Source of the DNA: Chiloscyllium plagiosum
Taxonomy: Eukaryota
Direction of reading: 5' to 3'
Assembly: GCF_004010195.1 (NCBI RefSeq)
Contig: NC_057719.1
Coordinates: forward strand, 48,718,914-48,782,913
DNA: 64,000 nt
In this document: positions 35,704 through 48,513 of the stretch, piece by piece
How positions within the stretch are numbered: the first letter of the stretch is position 1
Layout of the letters: the number at the start of each line of letters is the position of its first letter
Program-made: the position numbers and the translations under genes
Notes under the pieces: model-generated
Seen by the model: only the letters and a program-made list of their open reading frames with translations
Database searches by the model: none
What the model was told of the DNA's origin: nothing

Positions 35704-36973
35704 AGATCATCCCTGTGTATGAACTTGATCGAGTTTTTTGAAGAAGTAACAAAGAGAATTTTTGAGGGCAGAGCAGTAGACATGATCTATATGGACATCA
35801 GTCAGGTGTTCAACAAGATTCCCCATGGGAGATTGGTTAGCAAGGTTAGATCTCATGGAATAAGAGGAGAACCAGCCATTTGGATACAGAACTGGCTCGA
35901 AGGTAGAAGACAGAGGGTGGTGGTGGAGGCAGAGGGTGGTGGTGGAGGGTTGTTTTCCAGACTGGAGGCCTGTGACCAGTGGAGTGCCACAAAGGTCGGT
36001 GCTGGGTCCACTGTTTTCTGTCATTTATATAAATGATTTGGATGTGAGTGTAAGAGGTATAGTTAGTACATTTGCAGGTCTCACTAAAATTGGAGGTGTA
36101 GTGGACAGTGAAGAAGGTTACTTCAGATTACAACGGGATCTTAATCAGATGGGGTATTGGGCTGAAGAATGGCAGATGGAGTTTAATTTAGATAAATGCG
36201 AGGTGCTACATTTTGGGATCGCAAATCTTAGCAGGAATTATACACTTAATGGTAAGGTCCGAGGGAATGTTGCTGAACAGAGACCTTGGAGTGCAGGTTC
36301 ATAGCTCTTGAAAGTGGAGTTGCAGGTAGATAGTATAATAAAGAAGGCATTTGGTATGCTTTCCTTGGTTAGTCAGAATATTGAGTACAGGAGTTGGGAG
36401 GTCATGTTGCAGCTGTACAGAACATTGATTAGGCCACTTTTGGAATATTGCATGCAATTCTGGTCTCCTTTCTATTGGAAGAATGTTGTGAAACTCGAAA
36501 GGGCTCAGAAAAGATTTACGAAGATGTTGCCAGGTTTGGAGGATTTGAGCTATAGGAAGAGGTTGAATAGGCTGGGGCTGTTTTCTCTGGAGCATCGGTG
36601 GCTGAGGGGTGACCTTATAGAGGTTTATAAAATCATGAGGGGCATGGACAGGATAAATAGACAAAGTCTATCTGGGGTGGGGGAGTTCAGAACTGGAGGG
36701 CATATGTTTAGGGTGAGAGGGGAAAGATATAAAAGAGACCTAACTTTTTCATGCAGAGGGTGGTACGTGTATGGAATGAGCTGTCAGAGGAAGTGGTGGA
36801 GGCTAGTACAATTGCAACATTTAAAAGACATCTGGATGGATATATGAATAGGAAGGGTTTGGATGGATACGGGTTGTGTGCTGGCAAGTGGGACTAGATT
36901 AGGTTGGGGTATCTGGTCAGCATGGACAAGTTGGAACGAAGGGTCTGTTTCCGTGCTGTAAATCTCTATGACT
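35704..36973 (+). mobile_element. CR1/HER1 LINE, RT to 3' end
   Basis: ORFs 35608-36847 carry NLIEFFEEVTK, SGVPQRSVLGPL and RGDLIEVYK. An internal 19-bp tandem duplication at ~35911-35948 causes a frameshift. Confidence 0.95.
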
Positions 36974-37389
36974 GCATTACTGTATGACTAGAGTGCCAAA
37001 AGGGTGTCAGCCTCAAGAACAGCTACCTTCAACACTCTGGCACTGCAAATGAAATGAAAGAAGAAATTTTCTCTCATTCTGAATGCTGGAGTTCAGTTAT
37101 TGTTTGAGGGAATTAGAAACATGAAATTTCAGCTAATCTTCAATCACAAGAATCTCAAAATAACAGCTCAATTGCCAACATCAGTACTACCAGTACCATC
37201 ACCAACAGCTGCAATACTATCTTATCTGCTTTCATAAACAATGCAGACAGATACTTTTAAAAAAACGTTTGCCTTTCTAGACTCACTACTTATTTCAATT
37301 CTAGGTGTGTGTTGCACTAATATTTCTTCTCATATCTAGTAATTAGTAAGCTCACTATTTCTGACAATTCAAGAAAGCCTAGTTAACTT

Positions 37390-37708
37390 CATAGAATCCC
37401 TACAGTGTGGAAGCAGGCTATTCTATTGAACAGTATCCCTCCTAGACCTACTCTATCCCTGTAACCCAGCATTTCCCATGGGTAACCCACCAAGTCAACA
37501 CATCCCTGGACACTTTGGGCAATTTAGCATGGCCAATCCACTTAACCTGCACACCTTTAGATTGTGGGAGGAAACCGGAGCACCCAGAAGAAACCCATGC
37601 AGACATAGGGAGAATGTGCAAACTCCTCACAGTCACCTGAGTTTGAAATCGAACCCAGGTCTCTGGTGCTGTGAGGCAGCAGAGCTGACCACTGATCCAT
37701 GGTGCCAC
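37390..37708 (-). mobile_element. HE1-type SINE
   Basis: Reverse complement of the HE1 head, V-domain and tail (CATAGAATCCCTACAGTGTGGAA). Confidence 0.9.
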
Positions 37709-37974
37709 ACATTCATGGCTTCTTGAAACAATCTAAAAGGTCAACTTACCTCTGCCAAAGGATCGCTAACCTCACTTAAAGTGTATTTCGCCCAAAGGGC
37801 AACAGACCTCCTCTGCCATGTCCTAGAACCAGATTCAAGGTGATATTATGTCTCTTCAAAAAGATGCCCTGCTATCCAGGAAGTGCAGACCTTCTCCTTC
37901 CACGTGCAATCTGTATATATTGTGTTCCACGCACCAAAATCAGGTGAGAATGAAAGCATCTGATGATTTATATG

Positions 37975-38318
37975 GCGAGGTGACAGTCTAGTGGTATTAA
38001 TGCTGGATTGCTAATCCAGAAACCCAGGTAATGTTCTGGGGTCTTGGGTTCGAATCCCACCATGGCAGATGGTGGAATTTGAATTCAATATAAACCTGGA
38101 ATTAAGAGTCTAACATTCAACTATGAGGAAAACCCATCTAGTTACTAGTGTCCTTTAGAGAAGGAAATCTGTCATCCTTAGCTGTTCTGGCCTAAATATG
38201 ACTCCAGATTCCCCAGTAATGTGGTTGATTCTTCACTGTTCTCTGGGCAATTAGGCATGGGCAAAAAATGCTAGCCTAGCCAGCAATGCTGTCATCCTGT
38301 GAATCAGTATTAAAAAAG
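37975..38318 (+). mobile_element. Second tRNA-derived SINE family, near full length
   Basis: A/B boxes (CTAGTGGTATT; GGGTTCGAATCCC). Tail GGGCAATTAGGCATGGGCAAAAAATGCT...AAAAAAA resembles the 3' end of the old LINE at ~23860-23920. Confidence 0.8.
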
Positions 38319-38364
38319 GGCAGTTCCTTCCCCAAAACATATGTGTAGAAAAAGAGAGCACTCA

Positions 38365-38975
38365 TTTTACCAATCTACTGAATTGCTTTAAGGAGGTAAC
38401 TTGCTGTGGATAAAGGGGAATTTATGGATTTACTTAGATTTCCGGAAGGCACTTGATGTTATTGTGGAAAAACTCATGATGTAAGAAGTAAGATTTTGGC
38501 ATAGATAGAAGATTGGTGGCTAACAGGAAGCATAGAATACGTATAAATGAGTATTTTTGGTTTGGTGTAACAAGATGTGATAAGTGGTATGTCACAAGAA
38601 TCAGTACTCAGACCTCAATTGTTTACAATTTGTATAAATGATCTTGATGAAGGGACGGAATATATAGTTGCCAAATTTGCCTGTTAACTCAAAGATACAT
38701 AGGAAAGTACATTGTGATGCAGACAAAGAAGGTTACAAAAATGTATTGATAGGTTACATGAGAGGGCAAAGATCTGGAAAATGAAGCGTGATGTGGAAAA
38801 TGTGAAATTATCCATTTTGCAAAAAGAATTAAATCAAAGTGTATAATAAAAATGATAAGGGAATGCACAATTCTGAGATACAAAGTGATCTGGATGTCTT
38901 CATACAATGAATCACAGAAGATTAGTATGCAGGTACAGTAAGTGATTAAGAAAGCTAATACAATGTTGCAATTTA
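38365..38975 (+). mobile_element. Degraded older CR1 RT fragment
   Basis: Decayed TNLL..F.EVT, YLDF.KA.D, LFTICINDLDEG and KCEIIHF motifs. Confidence 0.75.
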
Positions 38976-39093
38976 TTGCATTATAAAATACCTTCTGAAA
39001 TATATATCACTGCTAATCCACTGACATTCTTCTTAGAATGCTTTCCCAACCTGCTTTAGACAACCCTTTTCTTCATCCCTCTATCAATTATCA

Positions 39094-39733
39094 AGTCATA
39101 GAGATGTACAACATGGAAACCACGCCAACCAGATATCCCAACCCAATCTAGTCCCACCTGCCAGCAACCGGCCCATATCCCTCCAAACCCTTCCTATTCA
39201 TATACCCATCAAAATGCCTCTTAAATGTTGCAATTGTACCAGCCTCCACCACATCCGTTAGCAACTCATTCCATACACGTACCACCCTCTGCGTGAAAAG
39301 GTTGCCCCTTAGGTCTCCTTTATATCTTTCCCCTCTCACCTTAAATCTATGCCCTCTAGTTTTGGACTCCCCGATCCAAGGGAAAAGACTTTGTCTATTT
39401 ATCCTATCCATGCTCCTCATAATTTTATAAAGTCTATAAGGTCACCCCTCAGCCTCCGACGCTCCAGGGAAAACAGCCCCAGCCTGTTCAGCCTCTCCTT
39501 GTAGCTCAAATCCTCCAACCCTGGTAACATCCTTGTAAATCTTTTCTGGAACCTTTCAAGTTTCACAACATCCTTCCGATAGGAAGGAGACCAGAATTGC
39601 ACGCAATATTCCAATAGTGGCCTAACCAATGTCCTATACAGTCGCACCATGACCTCCCAACTCCTGTATTCAATACTCTGACCAATAAAGGAAAGCATAC
39701 CAAACACCTTCTTCACTATCCTATCTACCTGCG
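39094..39733 (-). mobile_element. CR1/HER1 LINE 3' end
   Basis: ORFs 39148-39743 carry [18 protein letters not shown] and RRLRGDLI. Confidence 0.95.
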
Positions 39734-39974
39734 AAATTGCCATTATTTAAGTTGAGAACACTGGTTTGAGACCCCGTTCCCCCACCCCCACACAGAGAAT
39801 CCTTAACTAGCTCTGAGACCTCCCAATAATCTTACATCATTACACATTATTAGATGTAAAATAACCTGTTCCAGCACTGATGGCTTCTTTTATTAATAAT
39901 GTTAACCCACCTCTTTGTCCTTTCTGCAATTCTTCCAGAATGCCAATCATCTTTGAAGGTTCAGTTCCCAGTCT

Positions 39975-42925
39975 CTCCAGGTGGGTACTCTTATGAGGGA
40001 AGGTTGAACAGGCTAGGTTTGTGTCCATTAGAGTTTACAACAGTAAGAGGTGACTTGATTGAAATATATAAAATCCTGAGGAGTCTTGATGGGGTAGATG
40101 TGGAGATGTTCTTTCTTATGGGCGAATCTATAACTTGAGGTCACTGTTTAAAAATCAGGGCTCATTACTTAAAACAGAGATTGGACAGCATTTATTCTTA
40201 GCAGGCTGCGAGTATTTGGAAATCCTGAAAGAAAAAAGAACAAAGAGAACAAAGAACAATACGACACAGAAATAAGCCATTCGGTCCTCGAAGCCAGCGC
40301 TGACACATTTTGCCTTCAGTATTAAAACTGTCTTCACTACAGGATCCATATCCCTCTATTTCCTTGCTATTCATGTAATCGTCCAGGTGCCTCTTCAATG
40401 ATGTTATTGTGTCTGTTTCCACCATCCCCTTTGGCAGCACGTTCCAGGCACTCACCACCTTTTGTGTGAAACACTTGCCTCACATAAGTCTTTTAAACCT
40501 CACCCCCCACCATCTCCACCACACCTTGAACCTGTGTTCCCTAGTAATTGATCCCTCTACCCTGGGAAAAAAAACCCTTCCATTCTATCCATGCCATTTA
40601 CAATCTTATAAACTTCTATCAGGTCGCCCCTCAACCTCCTGCATTCCAGTGAAAATAAACCCCAGTCTAGCCAAGCTTTCTTCATAGCTAAAATTCCTCA
40701 TACCAGGCAATACCCTGGTAAACCCTTTCTGTAACCTCTCTAAAGCATCACATCTATCTGGTAGTGTAGTGACCAGAAGTGTACACATATTCCAAATGTG
40801 GCCTAACTGAAGGTGTATAAAGCTGCAGTATTACTTACCTGTCTTTATACTCAGTGCCCCTTCAAATGAAGGCAAGCATGCCATAGACCTTTTTCTAACT
40901 ACCTTATCTGCCTGCACTGCCACCTTCAGTGATCTGTGTACCTGTACACCCAGATCTCTCTGCATATCAATACTCCTAAGGGTTCTGACATTCACTGTAA
41001 AGTTTCCACATGTGCTTGATCTTCCAAAATGCACAACCTCATATTTATCATAGAATCCCTAGTGTGGAAACAGGTCCTGGATGAAATGCCATCTGCCATT
41101 TTTCTGCCCATGCTTCCAACTGACTAATGTCCTACTGTATCCTCCGACAATCTTCCTCACTAACCACAACTCAACCAATCTTTGTATCATCCACAAACTT
41201 CCTAATTAGACCAACCAGGTTTTCCTCCAAATCATTTATGTAGATCATGAACAGTAGAGGTTCCAGCGCTGATCCATGTGGAACATCACTAGTCACAGCC
41301 CTCCATTCTAAAAAGCATCCTTCCACTGCTACCCTCTGTCTCCTATGACTAAGCCAGTTCTGTATCCATCTTGCCAGCTTACCCCGATACCATGTGGCTT
41401 TACCTTTTGTACCAGTCTGCTATGAGGGATCTCCTCAAAGACTTTACTGATGTCCATATAGACAACATGAACAACGTTTCCTTCATCAATCATCTTTGTT
41501 ACCTCCTCAAAAAACCCAAGCAAGTTACTGAGGCACAACCTCCCCCATCCAAAACCATACAGTTTATCGCTATTCAGTCCATTTGCTTTTAAATGCTTAT
41601 AGATCGTGTCCCTGAGAATCTTTTCCAATAATTTCCATACCACTGACATGAGACTCACAGGACTGTAATTTCGTGGATTATCCCTGTTATTGCTTTAAAC
41701 AATGGGACAACATTAGTTATTGTTCAGTCTTCTGGGACCTCACACCTGTGGCCAAAGAGGATACAAAGAACAAGGAACAATACCCTCCACCACATTTTCT
41801 TCTTCCCTACTAAAACTGTCTTCACTTCCAGGATCTGTGTCCTTCTGTTCTCTTTATATTCATGTGTTCGTCCAGGTGCTTCTTGATTGCTGTTATTATG
41901 TCTGTTTCCACCAACCCCTCTGGTAGCACGTTCCAGGCACTCATCACTCTTTGTGTGAAAAACTTGCCTCACACATCTCTTTCAAACACACCTTGAACCT
42001 GTGTCCCCCAGTAATTGACTTTTCCAATCTGGGAAGAAGCCTCATTCTTTCCATTCTATCTATGCTATTCACAATCTTAGAAACTTCTATCAGGTCATCC
42101 CTCAAACCCCAGCATTCCAGTGAAAACAAATCCAACCTATCCTTTCTTCATAGCTAACATCCCCAGTACAAGGCAACAGCCCTGTAAACCTTTTTTGTAC
42201 CCTCTCCAAAACATCCACATTCTTCTGTATACAATATTCCAAGTATGACCTAACTAATGTTCTATAAAGCTGCAGCATAACTTGGCTATTCTTATGCTCA
42301 ATGCCCCTTTCAATGAAGGCAAGCATGCCATCAGCCTTTTTTACTAACATATCTACCCAAAGATGTCTGTCAATGCTCCATCATTTGTTCTCTTGCTTTC
42401 TTCAATATTCTGGGATAAATCCCATCAGGACCCAGGAACTTACCTATCTTAATACTTTTTAAGATGCACAACACCTCTTCCTTTTTAACAGTAACTTGGC
42501 TTAGAAATGCAATACTCCCTTTCTTGAGATTATCCTCCACCAATTCCTTCTCTTTGGTGAATACCAATACAAAATATTCATCTAAGACCTCACCTACCTC
42601 TTATGGCTCCACACATGCATTCCTTCACTTCTCCTTGAGTGGCCCAACCTTTTCCCTGCGTTCCCTCTTCCTTTTTATGTAGGTATAAAAAAACCTTAGG
42701 ATTCTCCTTTATCCTGTTTGCTAACAAAGGTTGAGGAAGCAGAGCCCCTTAAATATTTTTAAGGCAGAAGTAAGTAGATTCTTGTTAAGCAATGGGGTGA
42801 AAGGTTACTGGGGTAGGTGGGAACATGGATTTGAGGTTAGAATGAGATCAGTCATGATCTTATTGAATCGAGCAACAAGCTTGAGAGCTGTGTGGCTTTT
42901 ACCCGCTCTGAATTCATCTGATTGT
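39975..42925. mobile_element. Nested CR1 stack: old CR1(+) 39975-40228 plus 42727-42925, split by CR1(-) 40230-41767 plus 42359-42725, itself split by CR1(-) 41768-42358
   Basis: Each interrupted element resumes colinearly after the insert. CAAAG is repeated at the inner junctions (41764-41768, 42358-42362). RT motifs are in ORFs 39899-42567. Confidence 0.85.
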
Positions 42926-44667
42926 ATGTATCCATGAAAATGGTATGCACATATTCTGGGGTGTGGCTTTGGATTGTCAGGTTCATCTGTGACTTTTACT
43001 CTTGCAAAAGTTCTGGTCATAGAACTTTTTTACTGCATCTCAGCATGGATCTGGAGATCTGGATGTATGGATATTATTATGGTGGCATGGTAGGTGTAGG
43101 GATAAAATATGGTGAATGGAGAATATTGGTTGGCATGAGTTGATACTAAGTTGGCATAAGGGCTGGAAAAGACTATGGGATGGGCAGAGATACATAAGTT
43201 GGCATGGAGGGAACGAGGGACCATGGATGTGGGTGGCAGAGGTGAGGGAGAGTGAGGGAGGAAGAACTGGGTTAGTAGGACATGGGCAGGTTGGGGAAAT
43301 ATTCTCTGGTTTTTCTTCATGAATTTTGGACATAGTGCCAGATCTGACAGTCAAATGTTCTTCTCAGTTCAGCTTACCCCTGGAACCTTCTTCACAATTT
43401 CTGGGCTGCCAGAGAACTTGACCACCACTGGAACAAAAATTCAAACTTCCATGCCACCTTTTCCTGCAACCTTCCAAAATTTCCAGGTTTATCCAAGCTC
43501 CAGGATTGATTACACTTCCAATGGAATTTTCCCAGCCTCTGAGCAACATGAGCAACATTAGCAACTTCAGAATATGTCCACTGAGATGTCCACTGAGGAC
43601 ACCTTGATGGTGGACTCAATGAATGCCATTTTCCAGCCGAAGTGTTGGTCAGCAAGTTGAGATCTATATGGGAACATGTGGGGGATCAATGATGATGTGC
43701 TGTCCAAGGACTACAAGGTGGAAACAGTCATGGAAGTTTAGTGGAGCCATCTGATGGCCAGGATGAGCCTGTGACTACTGGTGCCAAGTGTGACAGTGTT
43801 CCCTTCCATGTTCTCTAAACTCCTAAATGTGACCAATGAATGGAAAATGGATGCAACTGCATCCAGAGTGGTCAGAAGTAGAGTCTGTTTTATGTCCTAA
43901 AGAACTAACTTCACTTTTGAAAGAAGAGTGACCCTTCAAGGGAAAGTAGCATCAATCAGACACTGTCAGAGTACAGGCTGAAGACATCTGTAATCATTGT
44001 ACCTTGCATGTGAAATACACGTAGTATTCAACTATGTGGGATACAAATCCAGGTCACAAACAATCGTGATAATTGAAGATAGTTATCTCTATGAACCAGA
44101 AATCTTAAAAGTAACACCCATAGGACACAAAACAAAGAAAAATTAATGCAAGACTTCACAGGCTGTCAAAGGAATTGGAACTAATATCCTTTCACCTTGA
44201 ACTGCAATTATAATGCAACAACATGCTCTTATTCACAATAATGCCTTTTTTTGGGTGATGAGGGACTGGGAGGACAAGGTCTCAGTACTCATGCAGGACT
44301 TACAATCTCCAACTGTCTCTTTGCAACATTACCGCTGATGCATTCATCGGAATGAGGTGCAATGTTGAAGTATCATGTCGAGGTATTCCATGGCCTTCCT
44401 TGTTGGAGTACTGCATGTCCAACTGCATGGGGGAATATGTTAACCTGGCATTTGTGTATGATGCAAATGCTGATAGTTCGCATTAGTAAAGATCTGCTCT
44501 GTTTCTGATATTCTCCACACAAGGTCATTGGAAGCGTGACTGATGGATCCAGCAGCTGAAGGAGCAGAAAAGTTTATGAGGAACAGATGCTTTAGCAAGC
44601 CCAGGAGCACCACTAACATCAAGCATCTGCCAACAGTATCCACATGAATGGCTGAAGTCTTCGTCAG

Positions 44668-44835
44668 AGGAGAAAATGAGGTCTGCAGATGCTGGAGATC
44701 AGAGATGGAAATGTGTTGCTGGAAAAGCGCAGCAGGTCAGGCAGCTGAAGAAGGGCTAATGCCCGAAACGTCGATTCTCCTGTTCCCTAGATGCTGCCTG
44801 ACCTGCTGCGCTTTTCCAGCAACACATTTCCATCT
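44668..44835. mobile_element. Palindromic Penelope-type short element with a hammerhead-like core and 16-bp TSD
   Basis: CTGAAGTCTTCGTCAG at 44652-44667 and 44836-44851. Core CTGAAGA-aGGGC-taat-GCCC-GAAAC. Same family as 15300-15526. Confidence 0.85.
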
Positions 44836-44854
44836 CTGAAGTCTTCGTCAGGAG

Positions 44855-45670
44855 TACAGGAGGCCCACAGTCTATCATTGTCAATGTCATTTTCTCCAGA
44901 TAATAAGGCACAGTGTTGCTGCAGATTGGAATACCCCAGGATACTGGTACTGATATGCCAACTCCAGGAGCTGAAGAAGTGGGTGGCCATCCTATCCCGG
45001 TGGCTATCAAGGTGACAGTTGAGTTGAACTTTTATGCAACTGGCTCCTTCCAACAATTTTGAGGAGACCTGTGTGGCATCTCTTAATCATCTACCCACAA
45101 ATATACCAAGGATGTTATCGATGTAATTTGGGCCGGATCACATTGCTTTATTTCATTTCCCCGTGATGAGGTCAGTATTGCAGACTGGACAGGTAGGTTT
45201 TGACAACATAGCTGGCTTCCCTCATGCATAGAACTCTGTAGGCTGTACAAATATTATGCTGAGAGGGGAGTGCCTTTATACAGCCACATTCACCAATAGA
45301 AAATGATTCCATTCCAAGTCATCCATGATCATTGGCGTCACGTCTTACAAGCCAGCACTAAGTAACCTGAGATGCCTCTAACCCTGAGAACTCTCATTAA
45401 CTGGTTGTTTGAGGAGCCAGATTCTTTACAAGGATGATTACTGAGAGATTAGGGCTATCCCCTGTGACCATGACTGATAGCACACAATCTCCTGACTGAG
45501 GCCAAGTGTTGATACAATGCAGCCCTTTATTCAATGTGGGCCCTAATGGAGTGGACGAGTGGTGTCCTGAAGTTGAGGTTCTGATGTTTGGATTGGTCTG
45601 GAGGATCTTTAGAGTACACTCCAGACAGAGTGGGCCTTGTAATCCTCGCATTCTATGCTCTGCACAACGA
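44855..45670 (+). pseudogene. PIF/Harbinger (HARBI1-like) DDE transposase fossil
   Basis: Manual translation gives GGHPIPVAIKVTVELNFYATGSFQQF*GDLCGIS, IAGFPH, FTNRK*FHS and GVLKLRF*CLDWSGGSLEYTPDRV...ALHN. Confidence 0.85.
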
Positions 45671-46293
45671 GTGCAGGCAAAGAGGGGGTGTTATTGAGGC
45701 TGACAAGCTGGGGTTGTCTTCCAAGAAAGAGAATTAGAATATTGATTTGGAGGAACAGTATTTTCTGCATGTTGGGGTCTGCAATATTAGATACTACAAT
45801 CCACATAGGACTTAATTAATACTCAGTTTCAATAGATGAGAGAGCTGGCTGCAGCGATTGTTCATTGACTGAAAAATAGTTGCTTGACCAGGAAGCTATC
45901 ATTTCTGTTCTGAGAGACAAATGCAACTTCACTTTGTTTGTTTTCTGTTAGCTTTAGTTGCTTTTGAATAAAGCTGGCTGTTTTGAACTACTTGAAGCAT
46001 TTAGTTGTTGCTGGTCCTTGACTTGCTTTGCATCTATTGAGTAAGAGTGACTGGTTTTATTTGTTCAAAATCTTTCCTGCATGTATTGGATCCACTTTGA
46101 TCAATGATAAAATATTGCAGTGATCAGTGGGGAATGAACAGCAGTGACTTCAAGAGGGATGTAAGGTGGAATGTAGCTGAGGACAGATAAGATGTGTGGC
46201 TTGGTGCTTAAGCATTGATTGTTGCAGTTACATGATGTTGCATGTGCAGTGAAGTGTCAGCCATGCCACCCATGTGTGCTGAGAAGCACTGTT

Positions 46294-46613
46294 TTAGATT
46301 AGATTACATTATATTACATTTCAGTGTGGAAACAGGCCCTTCGGCCCAACAAGTCCACACCGACCCGCCGAAGCGAAACCCACCCATACCCCTACATTTA
46401 CCCCTTACCTAACACTACGGGCAATTTAGCATGGTCAATTCACCTGACCTGCACATCTTTGTGACTGTGGGAGGAAACCGGAGCACCCGGAGGAAACCCA
46501 CGCAAACACGGGGAGAACGTGCAAACTCCACACAGTCGCCTGAGGCGGGAATTGAACCTGGGTCTCTGGCACTGTGAGGTAACAGTGCTAACCACTGTGC
46601 CACCGTGCCGCCC
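46294..46613 (-). mobile_element. HE1-type SINE, young, with the canonical CR1-like tail
   Basis: Many CpGs are intact. On - it ends GGGCCTGTTTCCACACTG followed by short tandem repeats (AATGT/AATCT). Confidence 0.95.
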
Positions 46614-46902
46614 ACAGTTTTGTAGATACTGATCAACTAATGTACAGGATAAGGGCAACTCTGGGCTGCCAACTTTAGATGAATGCACAGCTAGGGTTCA
46701 AAGATGGCACCGGCACCAAGAATCCTGGGATTTCACAACAATGGTGGATAGGTCTGCTTATGGCGAATGGGAGAATTGGACTAGAATCAGATCAGTCGGG
46801 TGCAATAATTAATGAAGTGAATTTTGGATGGTAGCTTGAGAAAACTCACAATAACCCATGGAGAGAAGCTGACCTCCTGATGAAAATTACATAGAACTGA
46901 CT

Positions 46903-48513
46903 TAGAGTCATACAGTCAGAGCGTCCTACAACCTGGAGACAGGCCCTTCACCCCAAACTGGTCCATGTTGACCAAAATGTCCATCCGTGATAACCCGTTT
47001 CCCTGCACTTGGCTCACATCCTTCTAACTTTTCCTATCCATATATTTATCCAAATGTCTTTTAAATGTTGTTAATGAACCTGCCTCAACCACTTCTGCTG
47101 GCAGCTCATTCAATACGCTTACCACCGTCTCTGTAAAAGAGTTGCCCCTCAGCTTCCCTTTTATTCTTTCCCCTCTAACCTTAAAGTGATGCCCTCTAGT
47201 CCTGGATTCCCCAACCCAGGAAAGAAGACTGAGTGTACTCACCCTACCCATGCCTCTCATGAGCTTATACACTTTTACAAGATCCGCCCTCAGTCTCCTA
47301 AGCTCTAAAGAACAAAATCCTAGCTTGTCCAAACTTTCCCTATAACTCAGAACATTGAATCCTGGCAAAATGCTTGTAAATTGCTCCTGCATTCTTTCCA
47401 GTTAAATAACATTCTTCCTATAGCAAGATGATCAAAACTGAACACAATACTCCAAGTGCGTCCTGTACACATCAACGTCCTGTACAACTACAACATAACT
47501 TCCCAACTTCTACATTCACGTCCTTGTCTAAATGTGACAACTTTCAGAGAACTGTGCACCTGAACTCTGAGGTACCTGTCCCATTACACTCCTTAAGGCC
47601 CTACCATTCAACATGAAACTCCTACCTTGATTTGACTTTCCAGAATGCAAGACCTCACACTTTTCTATATTAATCTTTATTTGCCATTTCTTGGCCAACT
47701 TCCCCAGTTGCTCCAGATCCTGCTGTATTTTCTGATAACCTTCTTCACTGTCCACGATACCACCAATGTTAGTGTCATCTGCAAACTTATTAATCATGCC
47801 TTGTACATTCTCATCCAAATCATTGATATAGGTAACAAACAGCAATGAGCCCAGCACTGACCCCTGAGGTGCACCATTAGTCACAGGCCTCCAGTCCGAC
47901 AAGCATCCTTCTACTATTTTCCTCTGCTTTCCACCACCAAGCCAATTGTGTATCCAATTTGCCAGTTCTCTCTGGGTTCCATGCAATCTAACCTTCGAGA
48001 GCAGCGGACTACCATGTGGAACCGTATTGAAGGCCTTATTGAAATCCATATAGACTACGTCTACCATTCTACCCTCATCAACCTTCCTGGTCACTTCATC
48101 AAAGAACTCTAACAAATTTGTGAGACATGATCTCCCATGCTGATTTTTTCTAATCAAGCCCTGTGTTTCCAAATGCATGTATATCTTATCCTTGAGAATT
48201 TTCTCAAATAAATTACCTACTACAGATATTAGGTTTACTGGTCTATAGTTCCTAGGTTTTTCTTTGCAGCCCTTCTTGAAGAAGGGCACAACATTCACTA
48301 CCCTCCAGTCTTCCAGGACCTTATCCATGGCTAATGATGATGCAAGTATACCAGCAAGGTCCCCTGCAATTTCTTCTCTAGCCTCTTGCAGGATTCTTGG
48401 ATATATCTGGTCAGGACCAGGAGATTTATCTACCTTCATACATTCTAATACATCCAACACCTCCTCTATGGTGATATGGACTGTCCTCAAGATATCACCA
48501 CTAACTTCCCCAA
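46903..48513 (-). mobile_element. CR1 LINE ORF2 (RT) to 3' end
   Basis: ORF 47528-48586 has KSPGPDQIYPRIL, NYRPVNLISVVG, GAPQGSVLG and KFADDT. ORF 47024-47392 is the C-terminal part. Confidence 0.95.

Noticed and set aside
44855..45670. Functional HARBI1 gene
   Set aside because: It has multiple stops and frameshifts, and a second decayed copy lies in the same window.
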